Source of the DNA: an uncultured Solibacteraceae bacterium | GTDB lineage: Bacteria > Acidobacteriota > Vicinamibacteria > Vicinamibacterales > SCN-69-37 | Length of the DNA stretch: 52,684 nt | Assembly (NCBI GenBank): GCA_964489685.1 | Contig: CAZAZR010000008.1 | Coordinates: forward strand, 1-52,684 | Reading direction: 5' to 3' | Part shown: positions 12,268 through 23,261 of the stretch, one piece after another | How the letters are laid out: each line of letters begins with the position of its first letter | Numbering within the stretch: the stretch's first letter is position 1 | The notes under the pieces: generated by a model | Databases searched by the model: none | The model's input: only the letters and a program-made list of their open reading frames with translations | Told to the model about the DNA's origin: nothing | Made by a program: the position numbers and the translations under genes

Positions 12268-13515
12268 CTAGGACTCAAGCAACAGCGTTCCCGGATCCTC
12301 AACCAGTTCCTTGACCCGCACCAGGAATCGGACCGCTTCGGAGCCATCGACAATCCGGTGATCGTAGGTCAGGGCGGTGTACATCATCGGCCGCAGCACC
12401 ACCTGGCCATTGACGCCAACGGGACGGTCCTTGATCGCGTGCAGGCCCAGGATACCGACCTGCGGCGGATTGAGGATCGGCGTGCTCATCAACGAACCGA
12501 ACACGCCGCCGTTCGTGATGGTGAACGTGCCACCGCGCAAATCGCCGAGCGACAACGTGTTGTCGGCCGCCTTCTGCGCGAAGTCGCGAATCGCGAGTTC
12601 GATCGCGGGAAACGACATGCGGTCGGCGTCGCGCAGGACCGGCACCACCAGCCCTTCGGCCGCGCCCACCGCCACGCCGATGTCGTAGTAGTGCTTGAGC
12701 ACCATCTCGTCGCCGGCAATCTCGGCATTGAGGCGAGGGCACTGACGGAGCGCGGCGATCGTGGCCTTGATAAAGAACGAAGAGAGGCCGAGCGACACAC
12801 CATGGGTGTCCTTGAATGACTGCTTCTGGCGCGCGCGCAGCGCCATCACCGCGCTCATGTCCACTTCGTTGAAGGTGGTGAGCATGGCGGCGGTCGCCTG
12901 CACTTCGACGAGCCGCTTCGCGATGGTCGCGCGGCGCTTCGACATGCGGATGCGGGACTCTGATCGGGGTCCTGGAGTCCTGGGGTCCTGGGGGCCTGGA
13001 GTGCTGGAGTCCCGGGGTCCGGGGGTTTTGCGCACATCCTCGCGGGTCACCCGGGGGCCTTCGGCCTGCACGGCCGCGAGCGGCACGTCGCGCTCGCGCG
13101 CCTCGCGGCGGGCCGACGGCGTGGCCCCCCGAGCCGCCTGCGGCTCGCTTGTGGCAGGCCCCGTGACTTCGGGACTCCCGGCCCCCTGGACCCCGGCACC
13201 ATGAGAAGAAGCCCCGGCGGCAGAAACCGCCGGCTCCACGAACTCTGGGACCAACGGACCCACGGACTGCGGACTGTGCGTGTCGTCTATCGTCCCCAGC
13301 ACATCGCCAATTTTCACGTCTGCCCCATCGGCGTGCACAATCGACCCGAGCACGCCCGACTTCGAGGCGGCCACTTCAACATCCACCTTGTCGGTTTCCA
13401 GCTCGACCAGGGCTTCGCCCACAGTGACCACGTCGCCCGCGCGTTTGAGCCAGCGCGCCACTCGCGCGTCCACCACCGACTCGCCCATTTCCGGCACCAC
13501 GATATTGACCGCCAT
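12268..13515 (-). CDS. sucB: 2-oxoglutarate dehydrogenase E2 (dihydrolipoamide succinyltransferase)
   Basis: Lipoyl domain ELETDKV, PSBD, catalytic TYDHRIVDG; start MAVNIVVP overlaps the sucA stop. Confidence 0.95.
   Translation of the reverse strand: MAVNIVVPEMGESVVDARVARWLKRAGDVVTVGEALVELETDKVDVEVAASKSGVLGSIVHADGADVKIGDVLGTIDDTHSPQSVGPLVPEFVEPAVSAAGASSHGAGVQGAGSPEVTGPATSEPQAARGATPSARREARERDVPLAAVQAEGPRVTREDVRKTPGPRDSSTPGPQDPRTPGPRSESRIRMSKRRATIAKRLVEVQATAAMLTTFNEVDMSAVMALRARQKQSFKDTHGVSLGLSSFFIKATIAALRQCPRLNAEIAGDEMVLKHYYDIGVAVGAAEGLVVPVLRDADRMSFPAIELAIRDFAQKAADNTLSLGDLRGGTFTITNGGVFGSLMSTPILNPPQVGILGLHAIKDRPVGVNGQVVLRPMMYTALTYDHRIVDGSEAVRFLVRVKELVEDPGTLLLES
12966..13021. repeat. Tandem octamer repeat (consensus GGGGTCCT, 7 units) in sucB linker
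   Basis: GGGGTCCT GGAGTCCT GGGGTCCT GGGGGCCT GGAGTGCT GGAGTCCC GGGGTCCG. Confidence 0.85.
13156..13277. repeat. Degenerate octamer repeats (GGACCCCN), opposite orientation, in sucB lipoyl-PSBD linker
   Basis: AGGCCCCG TGACTTCG GGACTCCC GGCCCCCT GGACCCCG ... GGCTCCAC GAACTCTG GGACCAAC GGACCCAC. Confidence 0.55.
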
Positions 13516-16307
13516 CAGCGTCCGCTCCTGTTCTTCGCCGGCGTTGATGCCGCCCACGCAAGGGCGATCAACCGTTCCTGATTCTGCGCGTGGCGCGCGG
13601 CCGATCCTTCAGCCGGACTCGAGCTGCGCGGACGCGCGATGACCGACACCGCCCTGTTCCCCGCGACGTCCCGCAGCGAGGCTTCCACAAAGTCCCACGC
13701 CCCCATATTCTCGGGCTCTTCCTGCATCCAGACCAGTTCGTTCAGGCGGCCGTAACGCCCGAAGACGGCAGACAACGCGGACGCAGGGAACGGATACAAC
13801 TGCTCGACCCGGCAAATGGCCACATGCGCATGGCTCCCACGGCTCGGGTGGGTCAACAGGTCCACCGCGACTTTGCCGGAGCAGACGATCAGGCGCCTGA
13901 CCGCGTCGGGGTCGGTCACGGCGGGGTCATCGATCACCGGCCGCCATCGCCCCGTGACGAGGTCGTTCGGCGACGACGAGACAAAAGGATGGCGCAGGAG
14001 GCTCTTGGGCGTCAGCACGATCAACGGCAGAGGATCGTCAACGAGCAATGCGGCCTGCCGTCGAAGCACGTGAAAGTACTGCGCAGCCGTGGTGCAGTTC
14101 ACCACGCGCATGTTGGTATCCGCCGCCAGTTGGAGGAAACGCTCCGGGCGTGCACTGGCATGATCGGGCCCCTGGCCCTCATGCGCGTGCGGCAACAGGA
14201 ACACCAGTGACGGCTCCTGTCCCCACTTGGCGCGTGCGGAAAGGACGAACTCGTCGAGCATCACCTGGGCGCCGTTGATGAAGTCCCCGTACTGCGCTTC
14301 CCAGATCACGAGCCGTTCGGGCGCCTGGATGTTGTAGCCGTACTCAAAACCCACGGCGGCGTTTTCGCTCAGGGGGCTGTTGTGAATCTCGAACGACGCG
14401 TGTGCCGCCTGCAGGTGTTGCAGCGGCACATACTCGTCACCCGTCCGGGAGTCGTGCAGCACGGCATGCCGATGGCTGAAGGTGCCGCGGGCGACGTCCT
14501 CTCCAGTCAACCGAATCGGTATGCCGGCCTCAAGCGTCGCAGCGAATGCCAGTTCTTCAGCTGCGGCCCAATCTACAGTCCGGTCATCAGGCGCGTCACA
14601 CATGTGGCGGCGCCGATCGCGGCTGCGCTCGAGCTTGCGGTGAACCGTGAACCCGTCGGGTACCCGCAACAGATCTTCGTTCAGGCTCTTCAGGCGCTCC
14701 AGCGGAAGCCCGGTGCGCACCTGACTGGCCGTCCCTGGCGCGGCAATCTCTGGCGTGGGCTCCACCAGATCCCGTTCGGGATCGAGACCGTCGAGCACCT
14801 GTTGCAGACGATCAAGGCGACCCTGCAACATCGCACCCGCCTGTCCAGACGCGACGACTCCGCGCGTTTCGAGGACATTGGCCCACTGCTCACGCACGGT
14901 CAGTTGGCGGGCAATCTTCTGATACAACACGGGTTGGGTGAACGCCGGCTCATCTCCCTCGTTGTGGCCATAGCGGCGGTAGCCCACAAGGTCGATCAAT
15001 ACATCGCGCTGGAACGCCTCGCGATAGGCAAACGCCAGACGCGCAACCGCCACGCAACCTTCGGGATCGTCCGCGTTGACGTGAAAGATCGGAATCTTGA
15101 ATCCGCGCGCCAGGCCACTGGCATAGAGGGTGCTGTACGAATCGTCCGGAGTCGTCGTGAACCCAATCTGGTTGTTCGCGATGATGTGTATCGTGCCTCC
15201 GGTGGTGTAGCCCTGGAGTTTGTGCAGATTCAGCGTCTCGGCCACCACGCCCTGGCCAGGAAACGCGCCATCGCCATGAATCAGAATCGGCAGGACCGCA
15301 TCGGGATTAAAGACCGGCGCTCCAGGATGACCCGCATCGGTGCCGGCCGCCCGCGCCATGCCCACGAGTACCGGATCGATCGCCTCGAGGTGACTGGGGT
15401 TGGGAGGCATCGAGACGATGAGGTCCACTTCCTCGCCGCCGGCAACCGCGCGTGACGCACCGAGGTGGTACTTCACGTCGCCTGCCCAGCGCAACCCCGC
15501 GCTTTCGTGCGCACTCCGCACCGGATCCTTGAACTCCGCCAGGATGTGCCCGTACGACTTGCCCAGCACGTGCGTCATCACATTCAGACGTCCGCGGTGC
15601 GCCATGGCGATGAAGACCTGACGCAACCCGGCCTCGGCCGCTTCACTGATGACCTCGTCGAGCACCGGCACCAGTGTGTCGAGCCCTTCGATCGAAAATC
15701 GGGTCTTGCCAGGGAAGGTTCGGTGCAGGAACCGCTCGAAGGCCTCAACATCGGTGAGGCGCTCAAGCAACGCCAGCGGATCAATCGGGTCGGCGGGCGA
15801 ATGATAGCGACCGGTCTCCACCGCTTCGCGCAGCCACTGACGCTCCTGCGGCACGAAGATGTGCGCGATGTCGTAGCCGGTGGTAGAGCAATAAATCTGC
15901 CGCAGGCGCTCCACCACCTCCCACATCGTCTCTGCGCCGTCAGCGATGTGCCCGCGCATAAGCGAGGCCGGCATCGCACGAAGGTCGGCTTCGGTCACCC
16001 CGTGGGTCTCGGGCAGCAGCGCCGGATCGCCCAGTGGCCGTGCGCCGAGCGGATCGATTTGCGCGGCCAGGTGACCGTAGCGGCGGATGGACTGGGCGAG
16101 GTTGATGGCGCCAACAATCTGAGCGCTTGTCGGAGTGCCGGGGTCCTGGGGTCCAGGAGTCCTGGGGTCCCGGGGTCCTGGCGACCACGTGGCAAACAGG
16201 TCGCGGGCGGACTGGTCCACCGACTGCGGATCTTCGCGCCAGCGGTCGTACAGTTCGAGGACGTAGCCCTCGTTGACGCCTGTGAAATCGTCCTGCCTAA
16301 AAGACAT
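13515..16307 (-). CDS. sucA: 2-oxoglutarate dehydrogenase E1
   Basis: [24 protein letters not shown], ThDP motif [24 protein letters not shown]. Confidence 0.95.
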   Translation of the reverse strand: MSFRQDDFTGVNEGYVLELYDRWREDPQSVDQSARDLFATWSPGPRDPRTPGPQDPGTPTSAQIVGAINLAQSIRRYGHLAAQIDPLGARPLGDPALLPETHGVTEADLRAMPASLMRGHIADGAETMWEVVERLRQIYCSTTGYDIAHIFVPQERQWLREAVETGRYHSPADPIDPLALLERLTDVEAFERFLHRTFPGKTRFSIEGLDTLVPVLDEVISEAAEAGLRQVFIAMAHRGRLNVMTHVLGKSYGHILAEFKDPVRSAHESAGLRWAGDVKYHLGASRAVAGGEEVDLIVSMPPNPSHLEAIDPVLVGMARAAGTDAGHPGAPVFNPDAVLPILIHGDGAFPGQGVVAETLNLHKLQGYTTGGTIHIIANNQIGFTTTPDDSYSTLYASGLARGFKIPIFHVNADDPEGCVAVARLAFAYREAFQRDVLIDLVGYRRYGHNEGDEPAFTQPVLYQKIARQLTVREQWANVLETRGVVASGQAGAMLQGRLDRLQQVLDGLDPERDLVEPTPEIAAPGTASQVRTGLPLERLKSLNEDLLRVPDGFTVHRKLERSRDRRRHMCDAPDDRTVDWAAAEELAFAATLEAGIPIRLTGEDVARGTFSHRHAVLHDSRTGDEYVPLQHLQAAHASFEIHNSPLSENAAVGFEYGYNIQAPERLVIWEAQYGDFINGAQVMLDEFVLSARAKWGQEPSLVFLLPHAHEGQGPDHASARPERFLQLAADTNMRVVNCTTAAQYFHVLRRQAALLVDDPLPLIVLTPKSLLRHPFVSSSPNDLVTGRWRPVIDDPAVTDPDAVRRLIVCSGKVAVDLLTHPSRGSHAHVAICRVEQLYPFPASALSAVFGRYGRLNELVWMQEEPENMGAWDFVEASLRDVAGNRAVSVIARPRSSSPAEGSAARHAQNQERLIALAWAASTPAKNRSGR
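16132..16179. repeat. Tandem octamer repeat (6 units, 48 bp) in sucA N-terminal linker
   Basis: GGAGTGCC GGGGTCCT GGGGTCCA GGAGTCCT GGGGTCCC GGGGTCCT; encodes [16 protein letters not shown]. Confidence 0.85.
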
Positions 16308-16431
16308 GGTGGTACTGCCGCCCCGTCACAACCACGTGCGGAATCACACCTGGGTCGGGAAATTCCGATGTTATCACCGGCCGGACCGCCGTGTTAAAGT
16401 CGGCGCGTCCAATAACCCGAAGGAGACGTCC

Positions 16432-16728
16432 GTGGTGATTACGAGGGTCAACGTCGTATCTGTTGCGAAGGTCGCGGCCGTGTTGTACGCGGGGCTGGGT
16501 CTGCTGTCTGGTGCGCTGTTTTCACTGATTGGGATGGTCGGGCTGACCAGCGCGATGTCAGGCACCGAGGGCGGAGCATTTGTCGGGCTGCTCTTCGGTG
16601 CCGGCGCCATCATCGTCATGCCGATCGTCTACGGCATCTTTGGATTTATCGGGTCGTTCATCATGGCGTTGTTGTTCAACGTCGCGGTGGGGATGACCGG
16701 CGGCATCGAGATCGAAACGAGGCCGTGA
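16432..16728 (+). CDS. Small membrane protein (DUF3566-like)
   Basis: AGGAG RBS at 16421, GTG start; VNVVSVAKV...FNVAVGMTGGIEIE pattern. Confidence 0.75.
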   Translation: MVITRVNVVSVAKVAAVLYAGLGLLSGALFSLIGMVGLTSAMSGTEGGAFVGLLFGAGAIIVMPIVYGIFGFIGSFIMALLFNVAVGMTGGIEIETRP

Positions 16729-16936
16729 GTCTGCCCGGGCCGCTATTCGGCACTAGCCGCTGGCGTTCGCGTCGACAATCCGTTCGCACGGTGACGACGA
16801 CCGCCGCGGCCCAGGCCCCTGTCGCGTGGAGCGAGAGTGCGATAAGAATAGCCGGGGAGGAATCGATGAATGACACCGTTGGCACGACGCAGTCGATCGA
16901 GTTCCGCTGCACGCGGTCGGAGATGTAGCGCCAGGA

Positions 16937-18193
16937 ATGCCACGAATCCCGCTCCTCAGGGATCGCCACTCGCATCCCATGTTGTATGCCGCGTTGATGG
17001 ACGCGGTTGACCTGAACCGTCCCGGCGAGTCTCGCGAGACCGCCATCACACGCATCCAGGTACGTGCTCGCGAGGGCCGCCCTGGGTGGACGATTGCCAC
17101 GGGCTGGAACAGCGGGCGTTTCACTCTCGCGAAGGCCGACTTTGACGGTCTGCCTCCAGTAGTAGTTCTCAGTCTGTCGATCCACGGCCTCATCGTGAAC
17201 GACGCGGGCCGCGTGTGTCTTCACGAGCATGACGACACAGTGGCCGCGCACCTGGACGACCAGAACTGGATTGAACGCCACCTGCGGCGCGTGCTCAATG
17301 TGTTTGCACGAGCCGGCGCCTCGGCAGAACGGCTGCGGGCGTTCTTCGACCGGCTTCGCGAGCTCGGCGTTCACAGCGCCGAGGAGATGCTGCTCGTCGG
17401 CGAAGACGAGATTCGGATGTTCGATGACGCGGGCCTCGCGAACCGCACGCACTTCTGGGCCTCACCGGAAACGTACGATTCTGCGTCGCCGGCAAATCGC
17501 GGGCGCATTCACGGCGTCAAGCTCTTCACCGACGGCGCGATTGGCGTGACCACTGCGGCGCTGCACGAAAAGTACAAAACAGCCGACCACGCCGGGATGC
17601 TGCTGTACGGAGACGATGAACTGGAGGCCCTGATTGCGCGGTACACCGGCGAGAAGCCGATGGCCATTCATGCGATTGGCGACGCCGCCATCGATCAGGT
17701 GCTCGCGGCGGCTGAACGGGCGGCGCGGCAGGTCACGCCGCGGCACACCGTCCGCATCGAGCACGCGCAGTTCATCTCCGAATCCACGGCACGCCGCGCC
17801 AGAGCCCTCGGCCTGCACCTCTCGATGCAGCCGAACTTTTCCGAGGATTCCGTCACGTACGCCGATCGCCTGCCTGCCGGTTATCCCGCTCGCAACAACC
17901 CCTTCCGCATGCTCATCGATCGCGTTGGCTATGTGCCTGGAGTCGATCTCTATTTCGGTTCCGACGGCATGCCGCATGGCGCGCAGCCGGCGCTTCGGCA
18001 GTCGCTGTTTCCCGATGGCGGCTACGACGGCCAGGTGCTGACACTCGACGAGTTCATCGCCGGTTACTGCCATCTGGACCTGGCACACGGATCAATCGAC
18101 GTGGACGTCGACGACGGCCGGCGTTCTGTGAAATGCCAGGTGCAGAAGGAGGCGACGGCCCGCAGGTCCTTCAGTCAGCGCGAAGCGCCGTAA
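16937..18193 (+). CDS. Amidohydrolase family metal-dependent hydrolase (YtcJ-like)
   Basis: DRHSH, KLFTDG, IHAIGDAA, RIEHAQ, SMQP and FGSD motifs. Confidence 0.85.
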   Translation: MPRIPLLRDRHSHPMLYAALMDAVDLNRPGESRETAITRIQVRAREGRPGWTIATGWNSGRFTLAKADFDGLPPVVVLSLSIHGLIVNDAGRVCLHEHDDTVAAHLDDQNWIERHLRRVLNVFARAGASAERLRAFFDRLRELGVHSAEEMLLVGEDEIRMFDDAGLANRTHFWASPETYDSASPANRGRIHGVKLFTDGAIGVTTAALHEKYKTADHAGMLLYGDDELEALIARYTGEKPMAIHAIGDAAIDQVLAAAERAARQVTPRHTVRIEHAQFISESTARRARALGLHLSMQPNFSEDSVTYADRLPAGYPARNNPFRMLIDRVGYVPGVDLYFGSDGMPHGAQPALRQSLFPDGGYDGQVLTLDEFIAGYCHLDLAHGSIDVDVDDGRRSVKCQVQKEATARRSFSQREAP

Positions 18194-18824
18194 TCGGGTC
18201 CACGCGCATCGCGCGTGATGCCGGCACCCACACGGCAACCACGGCCACAAACAGGACCGACGCCGACGCAACGGCCAGGCCCCACGCCAGCATCAGACCA
18301 ATCCCGACGCCAAAAGTGAACGAGATCACGCCATAGAGGCCGGCCGCCGCCAGCAACAACGCCAGCACGGCGAACGAAACGAAGATGAAATTGATGATAC
18401 CGGTGCTCGACGTCTCTTCGTCCACGATCTGCGTCAACGGCTTCGGCGTGCGAGGCTGCCACAAGCGACCAACAGCACAAAGAACACGACCACGGCAGGC
18501 TGAGGATGACCCAGGTATCTCCCGTCGTCATGGCGGAGCGCCGCCATCGATGAAAACGAGCGGGCGGATTCGCGGAAGTCGAGGAAATCCGGCAACGATG
18601 TGCGGCCCGCGGAGATGCCACGCGGGCCGTTCGTCTGCCGAATCCATCCAAGGCTGTCGGGGTCGCCAATCGGCAGCGCCCGTACCACGAGCGGACTGGC
18701 CAGGCTGAAGAGCAGGGTGTTGGCCCCGATGGCGAGCGTCATGGTGACGATGGCGACCACGCTGTCCGGGGGAGCGAAGGGCCGTGCGAACGCCGATGCG
18801 AAGATCGCGCAGAAGACCGTTCAT
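18171..18824 (-). pseudogene. Internally deleted, frameshifted ADOP-type ABC permease remnant
   Basis: N-terminus MNGLLRDLRIGVRTALRSPG / TMTLAIGANTLLFS, mid fragment FVLLVAC, C-terminus VPASRAMRVDPITALRAD; only about 650 bp over several frames. Confidence 0.85.
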
Positions 18825-18865
18825 ATCAGGACACCCGGGGAGAACTGGCTGCAGTCACCCGTGAA

Positions 18866-18892
18866 TAGACGTCTGGTCCCCTCTCGAGTTCC
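18866..18892 (-). promoter_or_regulatory. ECF-sigma-type promoter GGAAC-N16-CGTCTA
   Basis: Minus strand GGAAC tcgagaggggaccaga CGTCTA, about 40 bp upstream of the permease remnant start. Confidence 0.55.
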
Positions 18893-18907
18893 GGTATTGT
18901 GAGGGGT

Positions 18908-19489
18908 ATGGAAGCTCTGCGGTCATTCCGGCGCAATGCGGTGCATGTCCGCAAGGCGCTGGAGTTCATGGCCCAGGAGCCTGGGCAGGTTGGCGTCGAA
19001 CGCGGATATCTGCAGGACGCGGGCCTGATGGAACGCTACAAGCGGCTGTCCATTCCGGTCCGACGCGCGCTGAACCTTTCCGATCGCGCGTCGTTTTCAC
19101 AGGCTCTGGAGGCGCTGGCCGGAAGCGACGGCCTGGGGCGAATCACGGCGGCCTGGCAGAAGCTGCAGGCCGAGCTCGACAGCACGGTCGGCCTGGGCGG
19201 CGGCAAGGTGCCGCGCCGGCAGATTCTTTCAGACTGGCTTGACGCCGCCGCGTTTTACGACACGCTCGAGCGCGACCGGGCCTACGACCGGCTGATTGAC
19301 CAATGGGGCAAGGCGGCAGAAGGCATCGGCGCCCAACTGACCGAACAGGCGGCTGACGTCATCATCCAGCTCGATGAGGCCGCGGCCGCCGCCCTGGGCG
19401 AGCCCGTCATCCTCCCGCCTCCGCCCAAGACCCCTCCCCCACCTCCGGACCCGGACGAGAAGTGGTGGAAGAGGATCCTTCGCATCTAA
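18908..19489 (+). CDS. Hypothetical protein with Pro-rich, KWWKR-ending C-terminus
   Basis: GAGGGG RBS then ATG at 18908; protein-like composition. Confidence 0.7.
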   Translation: MEALRSFRRNAVHVRKALEFMAQEPGQVGVERGYLQDAGLMERYKRLSIPVRRALNLSDRASFSQALEALAGSDGLGRITAAWQKLQAELDSTVGLGGGKVPRRQILSDWLDAAAFYDTLERDRAYDRLIDQWGKAAEGIGAQLTEQAADVIIQLDEAAAAALGEPVILPPPPKTPPPPPDPDEKWWKRILRI

Positions 19490-20418
19490 GCCTTGAACAT
19501 GTTCCTGATGACGAAGCCGACGTTGGCCGGGCGCTCGGCCAGGCGCCGCATGTACCAGGGGAACCAGTATTCGCCGTAGCTGATGAGGCAACGAGTGCGG
19601 ATGCCGGTGGCCGCCAACTGCTGCTGACGCGCCGTCTGGATGCCAAACAACATCGCAAATTCGTAGCGGTCTGACGACACTTTGCGCTCGGCAATCACCT
19701 TGAGCAATCGCTCCTGCAGGCCGATATCGTGCGTGGCGATGTGCAGCAACGCGCCCGGCTTGAACGCGTCCTCCTGCAATAGACGCGCGCAGATCTTGAA
19801 GTAGTTTTCGTCGACGTCAGACTTCTGGGGAAAGGCCACATCGGCCGGTTCGAGGTACGCGCCCTTGACCATGCGAATGGCCGAGCCGAGCGCCACGAGT
19901 TCCTCGATGTCCTTTTCAGTGCGGAACAAATACGCCTGAATGGCAATGCCGATGTTCGGCGTACGCTGCCGCAGGCGTTTGAAAAGTGCGATGGTGCCGT
20001 CCACGTACGGCGAGCTCTCCATGTCGAGCCAGAAGAACGTGTGGGTCTGCTCGCAGCGGTCGATCAGCCGCAGGCAGTGCTTCACGCACACTTCGGGATC
20101 CTGGTCGTACCCGAGCTGCGTCGGCTTGACCGAGATCTGTGAATCAATCCCGGCGCCGGTGATGAGATCGATCACCTTCAGGTAGTGCTCGCAGACCTCG
20201 TCGGCTTCCTTGATATGCGCAATGTTTTCGCCGAGCCGTGTCAGGATCGTGTGGATCCGTGCAGGCGTGAGGCCCTTGGCGGCCTCAACCGCGTCCTCAA
20301 CCCGTTCCCCCGGCATGAACTTCGAGACCGACCGGCGCACGAATCCCGTGCGCATCGCGTTCTCCCGAATCCAGGCGTTGGTCGAGGCCCACAACAGGGC
20401 TTTGCGCATTACGCTCAT
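19486..20418 (-). CDS. Monofunctional proline dehydrogenase
   Basis: SVKPTQLG, LDMES, QAYLFRT, RMVKGAY, IATHD, PWYMRRLAERPAN. Confidence 0.92.
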   Translation of the reverse strand: MSVMRKALLWASTNAWIRENAMRTGFVRRSVSKFMPGERVEDAVEAAKGLTPARIHTILTRLGENIAHIKEADEVCEHYLKVIDLITGAGIDSQISVKPTQLGYDQDPEVCVKHCLRLIDRCEQTHTFFWLDMESSPYVDGTIALFKRLRQRTPNIGIAIQAYLFRTEKDIEELVALGSAIRMVKGAYLEPADVAFPQKSDVDENYFKICARLLQEDAFKPGALLHIATHDIGLQERLLKVIAERKVSSDRYEFAMLFGIQTARQQQLAATGIRTRCLISYGEYWFPWYMRRLAERPANVGFVIRNMFKA

Positions 20419-20813
20419 AGTCCGCCGGCTGGCGGTGCGGTGAGGGGTTTCAGCGCGCCGCGGTGGCACGAATAACACGTCACCTTGTTGGGCTCACCCG
20501 GCTTGACGCCGAGCGGATCGGCATTGACGGCCATGACCATCGTCAGCATCTTGCGCGCGGAGGCCTTGGTCGGAAGGTCATCCTTGAACCGCTCCTGAGG
20601 AGTGCCCACGTGGCAGTGGGTGCACTGCACGCCGAGCGCAACGGTAAACGTCCGCATGAGCGCGATTACATCCGCACGCGGCATGTCCTTGGGCAGCACC
20701 TGAAGGTTCTGCAACGGCGCGGCCTGGCCGCCACCCTGGGCCGACGTCCTGGTCACCGCCACTGCCAACACACAGACGCACATCAGACCCGTTGCCAACA
20801 AAGACCGCATCAT
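20415..20813 (-). CDS. Secreted diheme c-type cytochrome (reaction-centre cytochrome c family-like)
   Basis: Signal peptide, NLQVLPKD, ALGVQCTHCH and VTCYSCH. Confidence 0.85.
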   Translation of the reverse strand: MMRSLLATGLMCVCVLAVAVTRTSAQGGGQAAPLQNLQVLPKDMPRADVIALMRTFTVALGVQCTHCHVGTPQERFKDDLPTKASARKMLTMVMAVNADPLGVKPGEPNKVTCYSCHRGALKPLTAPPAGGL

Positions 20814-20849
20814 GCTTCCTCCAAAGATGGATTGTAAGTCACAAACGTC

Positions 20850-23252
20850 TCAATTCCGGTCAAGGGGCGGTGGAACTTCGGGCGGTGTCGGCACCACACG
20901 CACGAACTGCCCACGCTGCAACAGCTCGCGGCCCCTGCCACCCCGCCCGGTCACTTCGTACTTGGTCGTGCTGATGGTCTGCTCGGCGCCTCGTGTCGTT
21001 TCCACCGTCATCAGGTCGCGGTCGCCCCGCGACGCCATGAATCCCAGCACCCGGTCATCGTCTTTATTCAGTTTGATGAGAATGACGCCCCTGCCCGGGC
21101 CCGACAGCAGGTTGATGTCATCGAGACTGCAGAGCATCGCGCGGGCTTCGCGGGTCGCGGCGATGACCGTCTCCCCTCCTGTCACTCGCTCGACGCCGAC
21201 GATTTCTGCCCCTTCGGCTGCGCGGGCATAGCGACGGCCCGACCGGGTACTTGGTTCGGCATACGGCTCGAACGAAAACCGAAGGCTGTATCCATCCGTC
21301 GACACCGCCAGCGCATGCGACGGAGGCGCGGTCTCGGCGTTTTTCGACGTAATGACACCCACCACGCGGCTGTCGAGGCTCATCGATCCGACGATTCGTT
21401 CGCCATCCTTGAACTTGAACAATCGCTGAATGGGCTCGCCGTGGCCGGTTGAGGCCGGAATGTCAATGATGCGCGAGGTGTAGGCCACGCCCAGATTGGT
21501 GAAAAACACCACCGACGCCCGCGTGCTCCCCGGGAGCACCGCCAGCACCTGGTCGCCCTCGCGCACACGGGTGGACGCCACGTCTTTCACTTCCTTCTGC
21601 CGCTTCACCCACCCGTCCCTGGTCACGATGACGACGTTGTCTTCGTCAATGATGAAGTCGTCCGCTGTGTACTCGGGCTCATTGACCTCGCCGGTAATCA
21701 GACTGCGGCGCGGATCGGTCTTCGGATCGCTGTAGGTCTTCTTCACCAGCTCAATATCGTCGCGCACGATCTGCCACAAGTCACTGTCGCGCCTGAGCAA
21801 TCCGCTGATCTGCTTCGCGCGCTTCCGCTTCTCGGCCAGTTCCTGCTGAATCACGAGAATCTCGAGCCGCGCAAGCCGGTAGATCTTCAGTTCAAGGATC
21901 GCGTCGGTCTGCTCGGCATCCAGGCCGTACGTGGCGATGATCTGCGACGCGGCGTCCGCCTTGCCGTCAGATTTGCGGACGATGCGGAGGATGTCGTCGA
22001 GGGCGTCAAAGACTTTCGCAAAGCCCTCGAGGATGTGGATGCGTTTGCCGAGAGCGGCCAGTTCGTGGCTGAGCCGCGCGCGCACCACCTCGAGCCGGAA
22101 GTGCAGAAAGTGCCAGAGGATGGCGTGCAGGCCCACGCGATCGGGCTTGCCCACCGCCGGGTTCTCGGTGGGAATCAGACACGTCAGGTTGACCGGAAAG
22201 TTGGACTGGAGCGGCGTGTTCTTGTAGAGATACGCCATCACCATCTGCTCGTCGGCATCGCGCTTCAACTCCAGCGCAATCCGCACGTCGTCTGTCGAGA
22301 GATCCCGGACATCCACCAGGTGCGGCAGCTTGCGCGAGAGCGCCACGTCGGCGATGCGCTCGATGAGCGTGGCCTTGCTCATGGCATACGGTACGCTCGT
22401 GATGAAGATCGATTTGCCCGTGCGGGTTTCGGGACCCTTCTGCCACGTGGCGCGCATCCGGATGCTGCCCGAACCGGTCTCGTAGATGTCTCTGATCTCG
22501 GCCGGGGTGTTGAGGATTTGCCCGCCGGTAGGAAAGTCGGGCCCTTTGATGTACTTGCACAGCTGGGCGCTGGTCAGTTCCAGGTCCGCGTCGATCATTT
22601 TGACGAGCGCGGTGCAGACCTCGCCAAGGTGATGCGGCGGAATGTTGGTGGCCATGCCGACGGCAATGCCTGTGGCGCCGTTGACGAGCAGATTCGGGAT
22701 GCGGGCCGGAAGCACCACCGGTTCCTCACGCGTCCCGTCGTAGTTGGGACGAAACGGAACGGTGTCCTGATCGATCTCCTGCAGCATCTCGTCGGAGATG
22801 CGGGTGAGCCGGCACTCGGTGTAGCGCATCGCCGCCGCGTTGTCGCCGTCGAGCGACCCGAAGTTCCCGGAACCGTCCACGAGCGGGTAGCGCAGTGAAA
22901 ATGGCTGCGCCATGCGCACCAGCGTTTCGTAGAGCGCGCTGTCACCGTGCGGGTGATAGTTGCCCATCACGTCGCCCACGACTTTCGCGCACTTGCGGTG
23001 CTTCGCGTCCGCTGTCAGGTTCTGCTGCCACATCGTGTAGAGGATGCGGCGCTGCACAGGCTTGAGCCCGTCGCGCACGTCAGGCAAGGCGCGCGATGTG
23101 ATGACCGAAAGCGCGTAATTGAGGTACCGCGTCTGCGCCGCGTCGTGCAGGGCGACGGGTTCGTCGCCGCCCGACGGCGGCCGCGTGGTTACCGTGGTGT
23201 CGTTCGGGGGAGCATCAAACAGGGACGGAGACTTCGACGAACGCTTGGCCAC
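20850..23252 (-). CDS. parC: Type IIA topoisomerase subunit A (topoisomerase IV ParC-like)
   Basis: [23 protein letters not shown], catalytic AAMRYTE; no GyrA-box in the first CTD blade. Confidence 0.85.
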   Translation of the reverse strand: MAKRSSKSPSLFDAPPNDTTVTTRPPSGGDEPVALHDAAQTRYLNYALSVITSRALPDVRDGLKPVQRRILYTMWQQNLTADAKHRKCAKVVGDVMGNYHPHGDSALYETLVRMAQPFSLRYPLVDGSGNFGSLDGDNAAAMRYTECRLTRISDEMLQEIDQDTVPFRPNYDGTREEPVVLPARIPNLLVNGATGIAVGMATNIPPHHLGEVCTALVKMIDADLELTSAQLCKYIKGPDFPTGGQILNTPAEIRDIYETGSGSIRMRATWQKGPETRTGKSIFITSVPYAMSKATLIERIADVALSRKLPHLVDVRDLSTDDVRIALELKRDADEQMVMAYLYKNTPLQSNFPVNLTCLIPTENPAVGKPDRVGLHAILWHFLHFRLEVVRARLSHELAALGKRIHILEGFAKVFDALDDILRIVRKSDGKADAASQIIATYGLDAEQTDAILELKIYRLARLEILVIQQELAEKRKRAKQISGLLRRDSDLWQIVRDDIELVKKTYSDPKTDPRRSLITGEVNEPEYTADDFIIDEDNVVIVTRDGWVKRQKEVKDVASTRVREGDQVLAVLPGSTRASVVFFTNLGVAYTSRIIDIPASTGHGEPIQRLFKFKDGERIVGSMSLDSRVVGVITSKNAETAPPSHALAVSTDGYSLRFSFEPYAEPSTRSGRRYARAAEGAEIVGVERVTGGETVIAATREARAMLCSLDDINLLSGPGRGVILIKLNKDDDRVLGFMASRGDRDLMTVETTRGAEQTISTTKYEVTGRGGRGRELLQRGQFVRVVPTPPEVPPPLDRN

Positions 23253-23261
23253 CGAGACATC

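Noticed and set aside
16725-16943. Short ORFs between the DUF3566-like gene and the amidohydrolase, including MNDTVGTTQSIEFRCTRSEM after GGAGG
   Set aside because: No recognisable motif; cannot distinguish from a gene scrap or chance.
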